Shown: positions 58,962 to 64,000 of the stretch, one piece after another | Numbering within the stretch: position 1 is the first letter of the stretch | Layout: every line of letters starts with the position of its first letter | From: a virus | Virus record (IMG/VR): IMGVR_UViG_3300032093_000074 | Location: 15,214 to 79,213 of that record | Strand: one strand, 5' to 3' | DNA length: 64,000 nucleotides | Position numbers and translations under genes: made by a program | The notes under the pieces: generated by a model | Seen by the model: the letters and a program-made list of their open reading frames with translations, nothing else | Database searches by the model: none | What the model was told of the DNA's origin: nothing

Positions 58962-60230
58962 ATGCCAGCAACACTGTCCACGGTTGATGCAATCCTCAAG
59001 GACGATTACAAGGATTACATCGACCAGCTCAACAACGCCTTGTTTCTCACCTCGCAGGTCGAGACTCGCAAGGACACCGTCGTCGGTCGTATCGCCCGCC
59101 ACGCCATCCACCTCGGACGCTCGTCCGGTGTCGGTGCTCGCGCGGAAGGTGGCACACTCCCGACGGCAAGCAACCAGGCTTACGCCACAGTCCCGGTTCC
59201 CGTACGCTACGTCTACGGACGTATCCAGCTTTCGGGTCCCACCATCCGTCAGGCCGTAACTGACCGTGGTGCCTTCATTGACGCGCTTGATGCCGAAATG
59301 AGCGGCATCCGTAACGACGCCATGAAGGATGTCAACCGTCAGCTTTGGGGCCAGTCAAACGGCGTCATCGCACAGTGCGGCACCACCACCACCTCGACCA
59401 CAGTCGTTTTGGCGTCGAACACCGGCTCTGCCGCGCTTCGTCAGCTGTTCAACGACGGCGGCATGGTTGTGGACATCGGCACCGTGGCATCGCCGACGAC
59501 CGTTGCATCGGCCCGTACCGTCACCTCGGTGGACACGTCCAACAAGACGATGGTCATCTCCGGCGGCACCATTTCGACCACCTCCAGCCACTTCGTGTTC
59601 CGCACGGGTGCCGGCGGCGCATCGAACAACAGCGGTGCACCTGGCGACGGCCAGATCGAACTCACCGGCGTCCAGACCATTGTGTCGGACAGCGCCGTGT
59701 TGCACACGATCAACCCGTCAAGCCAGCCCAACTGGAAGGCCTACGTCAACAGCAACGGCGGCACTAACCGTGCCATCTCCGAAACCTTGTTGACTGGCTC
59801 GATCATGAAGGGCCTCACCAACTCCGGCAAGAAGGTCAACCTTCTCGTCTCGGCAGAAGGTGTCCACATGGCGGTTGCCAACCTGTTGCTCTCGCTGAAG
59901 CGCAACATGGAGCAGACCGAGCTCAAGGGCGGCTACGCCGGCATCCAATACTTCTCCCCGTCGGTTTCCGGCAAGGGCGATGAGGGTCCGACCGTGCTGT
60001 ACTGCGACTTCGACTGCCCGAGCAACAGCATCTACGGCATCCACACCGACTCGCTGGTTCTCCACCAGGTCGGCGACGGATGGCAGTTCATGGACATGGA
60101 CGGAGCGGTGATGAACCGTAAGCCTGACCTCGACGCATACGAGGCCACGCTCTACTCCTACATGGAGCTGGCCTGCAAGCAGCGCAACACCCACTTTGCC
60201 ATCAAGGACATCACCGAGGTGTCGATCTAA
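58962..60230 (+). CDS. major capsid protein (B)
   Basis: 422 aa after scaffold; AILKDDY, EGGTLP, strong codon bias; no visible similarity to capsid A. Confidence 0.85.
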   Translation: MPATLSTVDAILKDDYKDYIDQLNNALFLTSQVETRKDTVVGRIARHAIHLGRSSGVGARAEGGTLPTASNQAYATVPVPVRYVYGRIQLSGPTIRQAVTDRGAFIDALDAEMSGIRNDAMKDVNRQLWGQSNGVIAQCGTTTTSTTVVLASNTGSAALRQLFNDGGMVVDIGTVASPTTVASARTVTSVDTSNKTMVISGGTISTTSSHFVFRTGAGGASNNSGAPGDGQIELTGVQTIVSDSAVLHTINPSSQPNWKAYVNSNGGTNRAISETLLTGSIMKGLTNSGKKVNLLVSAEGVHMAVANLLLSLKRNMEQTELKGGYAGIQYFSPSVSGKGDEGPTVLYCDFDCPSNSIYGIHTDSLVLHQVGDGWQFMDMDGAVMNRKPDLDAYEATLYSYMELACKQRNTHFAIKDITEVSI

Positions 60231-60231
60231 C

Positions 60232-60552
60232 ATGGCAGCGTCGGTCAGCATCACAACTGGCCCGGAGGTCCCGGGCAACCGCAAGATTGTCATCGGTACG
60301 GTTACGTTCGACAGTTCGTACCCGACCGGTGGTGAAGCAATCTCGCTGGTTGACCTGGGCCTTACACGCCTTGATTCGCTGTTCGTGAACCCCAACAACG
60401 GCTACCAGCCGGTCTGGGACGGTTCGCTGACAGCACCAAAGATCAAGATGTTTTGGGTGGATACAACCACAGACGGAGCCCCGCAGGTCGAAGTGACCGC
60501 GACAACGAACCTCTCGACGGCCACAGTGTCGTTCTTGGCGTTCGGGGCCTAA
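60232..60552 (+). CDS. putative head decoration protein
   Basis: FDSSYPTGGE; follows capsid gene. Confidence 0.6.
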   Translation: MAASVSITTGPEVPGNRKIVIGTVTFDSSYPTGGEAISLVDLGLTRLDSLFVNPNNGYQPVWDGSLTAPKIKMFWVDTTTDGAPQVEVTATTNLSTATVSFLAFGA

Positions 60553-60559
60553 CCAATCT

Positions 60560-60597
60560 GATCCGGCAGGCGGTTCACGCACCCCGCCTGCCGGATC
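60560..60597 (+). terminator. strong hairpin after capsid/decoration genes
   Basis: GATCCGGCAGGCGG...CCGCCTGCCGGATC; no clear U-tract. Confidence 0.5.
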
Positions 60598-60616
60598 GCC
60601 CCCATTTAGGAGGACC

Positions 60617-61051
60617 ATGAGGGCAGCACCCGAATACACCCAGTACGCAGAAATCACCACCGACGTCTACGACATTGCCCGTCGTATCCGCGAAGGTGAC
60701 GAGTCTGGGTGGCGCGGAGATCCCACCGCTGCACTCATGTTCAACCAGTTCACCAACAAGTTTGAAGTGTGGATGGAGGACGGTATGCGCCAGCCGTATA
60801 TCGCCGCCACTTCAGATCGTTGCGACCACACCCTGCTTGTCAAACTCGTTGAGGGCGACTGGCAGAAAGGCAAGCAGCTCCTTGAGGAACTACAGAAGAA
60901 AAACCATCAGGCTCACGCAGCCCGCTTAGACGCACAAGCCGACCAACGCGCCGAACTCGCAGACAAGCTGCATTGGGCGATCATGAAAGATGTCGGCCAC
61001 CTCGAAGGCGGCACCCACCGCCACACCTCGTTCTACACGAAAGGCAAATAA
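60617..61051 (+). CDS. hypothetical protein
   Basis: AGGAGG RBS. Confidence 0.75.
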   Translation: MRAAPEYTQYAEITTDVYDIARRIREGDESGWRGDPTAALMFNQFTNKFEVWMEDGMRQPYIAATSDRCDHTLLVKLVEGDWQKGKQLLEELQKKNHQAHAARLDAQADQRAELADKLHWAIMKDVGHLEGGTHRHTSFYTKGK

Positions 61052-61353
61052 TGGCCACCTACACAGTCACCCAGTCCAAAACGATCACGCTGGTGTCCGG
61101 CCAGGTGGACACCGTCACCCTTAACGGCACTGGTGTCACGATCCGCGTTTCGTCGGACTCGACCACTGTCCCCGTGTCGTTCACTGTTTCGCAGGCACTC
61201 AACACGCCGGCAACACCCACCGACAAAGGCGACAACTGCTACGTCGTGCTCAGCTCAGCCGCGCCAGTAGAAATCCCGTGGACCGGCAACTCGGCCAAAG
61301 TCAGCGTCATTGCTACAGGGACCCCTACTGTAAATATCGCGCTCATCGGCTAA
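61051..61353 (+). CDS. beta-rich virion protein
   Basis: TAATG coupling; T/V-rich. Confidence 0.65.
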   Translation: MATYTVTQSKTITLVSGQVDTVTLNGTGVTIRVSSDSTTVPVSFTVSQALNTPATPTDKGDNCYVVLSSAAPVEIPWTGNSAKVSVIATGTPTVNIALIG

Positions 61354-61362
61354 AGTTCCCGC

Positions 61363-61713
61363 ATGGCCAAGCCAGGCAAAATCTGCCCCGAACTATCGCT
61401 CGTCCGAGGCGACACCCAAAACTTCCCGTTCACGATCACCGACGGGACAAACCCGATCAACATCGCCGGCTACACGTTCGCCATGCAGCTGCGCGTCACC
61501 CCAGACGCAAGCACCTCTATCGCATTTACTTGCTCGATTACGGACGCGGCGGCAGGGAAGATGACATGCACCCTGTCGTCTACTGACGCGGTGAACCTTG
61601 TCGCTGACACGTCCTACTACTACGACGTCCAAATGATTGACACGTCCAGTAACAAAACAACGATCATTTCGGGGATCACCCAGCCAATCATTGCTGACGT
61701 AACGAGGCCATAA
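61363..61713 (+). CDS. Ig/BppU-N-like virion protein
   Basis: LVRGDT...YYDVQ...ADVTR; homologous to 20568-20909. Confidence 0.65.
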   Translation: MAKPGKICPELSLVRGDTQNFPFTITDGTNPINIAGYTFAMQLRVTPDASTSIAFTCSITDAAAGKMTCTLSSTDAVNLVADTSYYYDVQMIDTSSNKTTIISGITQPIIADVTRP

Positions 61714-63584
61714 TGGCAAACGACGGGATTTCGGTCGTCATCACGAACACGCCGATCTCGGCAACTATCGTTGAGCAGTCCATCATCGCAGCCCCAGGCA
61801 TCGGCGCAATCAACGAACAAGTAGTTATTCTTGAACAGCCCGAGATCCTTGTTGCAGGGACTGGGGCTCTCGGCCCCGTCGGCCCACAAGGCCCGCCTGG
61901 GCCTCAAGGTGGTGGCGGGGCGCTCGGATATTACGGCTCGTTCTACTCGACCCAAGATCAGACCGTCGCAGTCATCAACCAGGCGACGCCGATGACCCTC
62001 AACCTCACCGCTGAAGCCAGCGGGGTTTCCATTGTTGGCGGGTCGCGGATCACATTTGCTGTCGCCGGCACCTACGATCTTCAGTTTTCAGCTCAGCTCC
62101 ACAACCGGGGCGGCGGCGGTTCGGGCGATACAGTCGATATTTGGCTCGCCAAGAACGGCACCGCTATCGCCGAATCCGCAACCAGAGTCGTTGTCGCAAA
62201 CGGCAAATACAACGTCCCAGCATGGGACTTCATGTTGACTGTCGCAGCTGGCGACTACCTAGAGCTTGTTTGGACAACAGACAACCTCAACATTGTCCTG
62301 GAACACAACGCGGCGGCCAGCCCTGTGCCGGCGATCCCGTCGCTAATCGTCACCGTCATGCAGGTGATGAACACCCAGCTAGGCCCGCAGGGAGCTCAGG
62401 GAGCCCAAGGAGCTCAGGGAGCCACTGGGCCGCAGGGAGCACAAGGAGCTCAAGGAGCGCAGGGCGTACAGGGCCCGCAGGGAGCGACAGGTTCTCAAGG
62501 CCCCCAAGGCGATATCGGCCCGCAAGGTGCTCAAGGTTCGCAAGGTCCACAAGGTGCCACAGGGCCACAAGGCCCTACCGGCGCTCAGGGACCGCAAGGG
62601 CCTCAGGGAGATGTCGGCCCGCAAGGAGTAGCTGGCCCACAAGGATCGACCGGAGCAACAGGCGCACAGGGAGACATCGGACCCCAAGGTACGCAAGGCC
62701 CGCAAGGTACGCAAGGCCCGCAGGGGGCACAAGGCCCGCAAGGTGATGTGGGGCCTCAAGGCGCTACCGGACCACAAGGACCCCAAGGTGCCCAAGGCCC
62801 ACAAGGAACAACAGGAGCGCAAGGCCCGCAAGGTTCGGATGGGCAGTCGGCAAGTTTCTATGACTACCTAGCCAAAACGTCGCTTATCGGCGGCGACCCG
62901 CTGTCTGGGTTCATCATTTGGAACAGCGCCAGCCAGTCTTTCGCAACACAAATCAACGTCAGCCACACCGACCAAGACGGCTACGACATTGACATCTTCT
63001 TGGCGACAATCAAAGCCAACGACACAATCATTCTCCAAGACAAGTCTTTGCACACGAACTACCAGAAATGGACTGTCTCGTCGGCCCCTGTCGTGCAGAC
63101 GGACTACATCGAGATTCCCGTCACCCTTGTCACTTCGACGTACAGTTTCCCGAACAACCAGCCGATGCTGTTCGTCATCTCGGCTATCGGTGCTCAAGGC
63201 CCGCAGGGTCCACAGGGTGCTACTGGCCCGCAGGGAGCGCAAGGCGCTACTGGTTCGCAGGGTCCCCAGGGTGACATCGGCCCGCAGGGGGCGCAGGGGC
63301 CTCAGGGTCCCCAGGGGACGCAAGGCCCGCAAGGAGCCACTGGAAGCCAGGGTGCTACAGGTCCCCAAGGTTCGACGGGTGCTACTGGAGCGCAAGGCCC
63401 CCAGGGACCGCAAGGTTTCACTACCTTGTCTGCTGCTACCGATGTCGCTATCTCAGGCCCTCAGACGGGCCAAGCCCTTGTGTACAATGCGACGTTGAGC
63501 AAATGGGTGAACACGACAGCATCCACCGACCCGATGAACGACTCGAAGTTCACGGCGATTATCACGACAGATGTAGGAGCATGA
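61713..63584 (+). CDS. collagen-like tail fibre/whisker protein (copy 2, extra N-terminal domain)
   Basis: G-X-Y tracts; extra YYGSFYST...YDLQFSAQ...PSLIVTV domain. Confidence 0.9.
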   Translation: MANDGISVVITNTPISATIVEQSIIAAPGIGAINEQVVILEQPEILVAGTGALGPVGPQGPPGPQGGGGALGYYGSFYSTQDQTVAVINQATPMTLNLTAEASGVSIVGGSRITFAVAGTYDLQFSAQLHNRGGGGSGDTVDIWLAKNGTAIAESATRVVVANGKYNVPAWDFMLTVAAGDYLELVWTTDNLNIVLEHNAAASPVPAIPSLIVTVMQVMNTQLGPQGAQGAQGAQGATGPQGAQGAQGAQGVQGPQGATGSQGPQGDIGPQGAQGSQGPQGATGPQGPTGAQGPQGPQGDVGPQGVAGPQGSTGATGAQGDIGPQGTQGPQGTQGPQGAQGPQGDVGPQGATGPQGPQGAQGPQGTTGAQGPQGSDGQSASFYDYLAKTSLIGGDPLSGFIIWNSASQSFATQINVSHTDQDGYDIDIFLATIKANDTIILQDKSLHTNYQKWTVSSAPVVQTDYIEIPVTLVTSTYSFPNNQPMLFVISAIGAQGPQGPQGATGPQGAQGATGSQGPQGDIGPQGAQGPQGPQGTQGPQGATGSQGATGPQGSTGATGAQGPQGPQGFTTLSAATDVAISGPQTGQALVYNATLSKWVNTTASTDPMNDSKFTAIITTDVGA

Positions 63585-63585
63585 C

Positions 63586-63924
63586 ATGGCTGTAGGCGAC
63601 AGGACTGAGAAACGGCTTGTCGGGCCGGTTGCTTTGACGAACGCTAACGCTTCGGTCGGTTCGGCTGTGCCTTCGGCAAGGGTGTGGGTTATCAAGCAGT
63701 TCGCTATCTGCAACACGGATGGTTCGGACAGAATCTTTTATTTGGCGGTGGGGTCGGCTGCGACGGCTGCGAACCGGATTTTTTCTGCGTTGCCGATTGC
63801 TGGTGGTGACACGATTATTTGGGATACGGCGTTGACGATGACGGCGACTGAGCAGTTGTTCGGGTATGCGGATACTGGGTCGGTTGTGACTGTGACTGCT
63901 GTGGGTTGGGAGAAGGAAGTCTGA
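63586..63924 (+). CDS. virion structural protein (copy 2)
   Basis: Near-identical to 22253-22591. Confidence 0.8.
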   Translation: MAVGDRTEKRLVGPVALTNANASVGSAVPSARVWVIKQFAICNTDGSDRIFYLAVGSAATAANRIFSALPIAGGDTIIWDTALTMTATEQLFGYADTGSVVTVTAVGWEKEV

Positions 63925-64000
63925 TGGGGGTTTCTAACGGTATTGGCGGCACTATCGGGGCGTTGCCTCCTGGTGTTGTGATGCCGTATGCGGGTCCTTC
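63924..64000 (+). CDS. tail-collar protein, 5' fragment (copy 2)
   Basis: MGVSNGIGGTIGALPPGVVMPYAGP matches the 22591 gene. Confidence 0.8.
   Translation, partial: MGVSNGIGGTIGALPPGVVMPYAGP

Larger units (their letters stand above)
62561..64000 (+). repeat. long direct repeat, copy 2 (runs off window)
   Basis: Matches 21228-22667. Confidence 0.95.

Noticed and set aside
62561-64000. Simple circular-contig overlap or terminal repeat
   Set aside because: Copies differ at many sites and have different upstream genes; copy 1 is internal
1-64000. Prophage boundaries, integrase or host DNA
   Set aside because: No integrase, repressor or host housekeeping genes recognised anywhere in the window

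Overview
The window is entirely tailed-phage (Caudoviricetes) DNA. Three WhiB genes point to an actinobacterial host, and a CpaE/Ssd-like gene hints at Acidimicrobiia (inference). It holds two different podovirus-like head modules. Segment A (1 to ~25.4 kb, GATC-poor) has a C5 methyltransferase end, two WhiB genes, a leftward early operon, TerL, portal, ejection-type proteins, scaffold, an N4-gp56-type capsid and tail fibres. Segment B (~25.4 to 64 kb, GATC-rich) has adaptor/nozzle, lysis genes, a 2322-aa virion protein, recombination and early genes, TerS/TerL, a P22-like portal, a second capsid and a tail fibre. A near-identical collagen-fibre block recurs at an offset of 41,333 bp, so B looks like one whole genome joined to A (recombinant cointegrate or assembly chimera). 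The main unexplained signals are: (i) a ~265-nt structured minus-strand element with its own promoter, conserved with compensatory changes in both phages next to a strand-skew switch; (ii) three anticodon-less mini-tRNA elements punctuating A's early operon; (iii) beta-clamp-like domains in both phages; and (iv) a repeated GGGTCACACC expression cassette in B. Protein calls come from motifs recognised by eye, not database searches.
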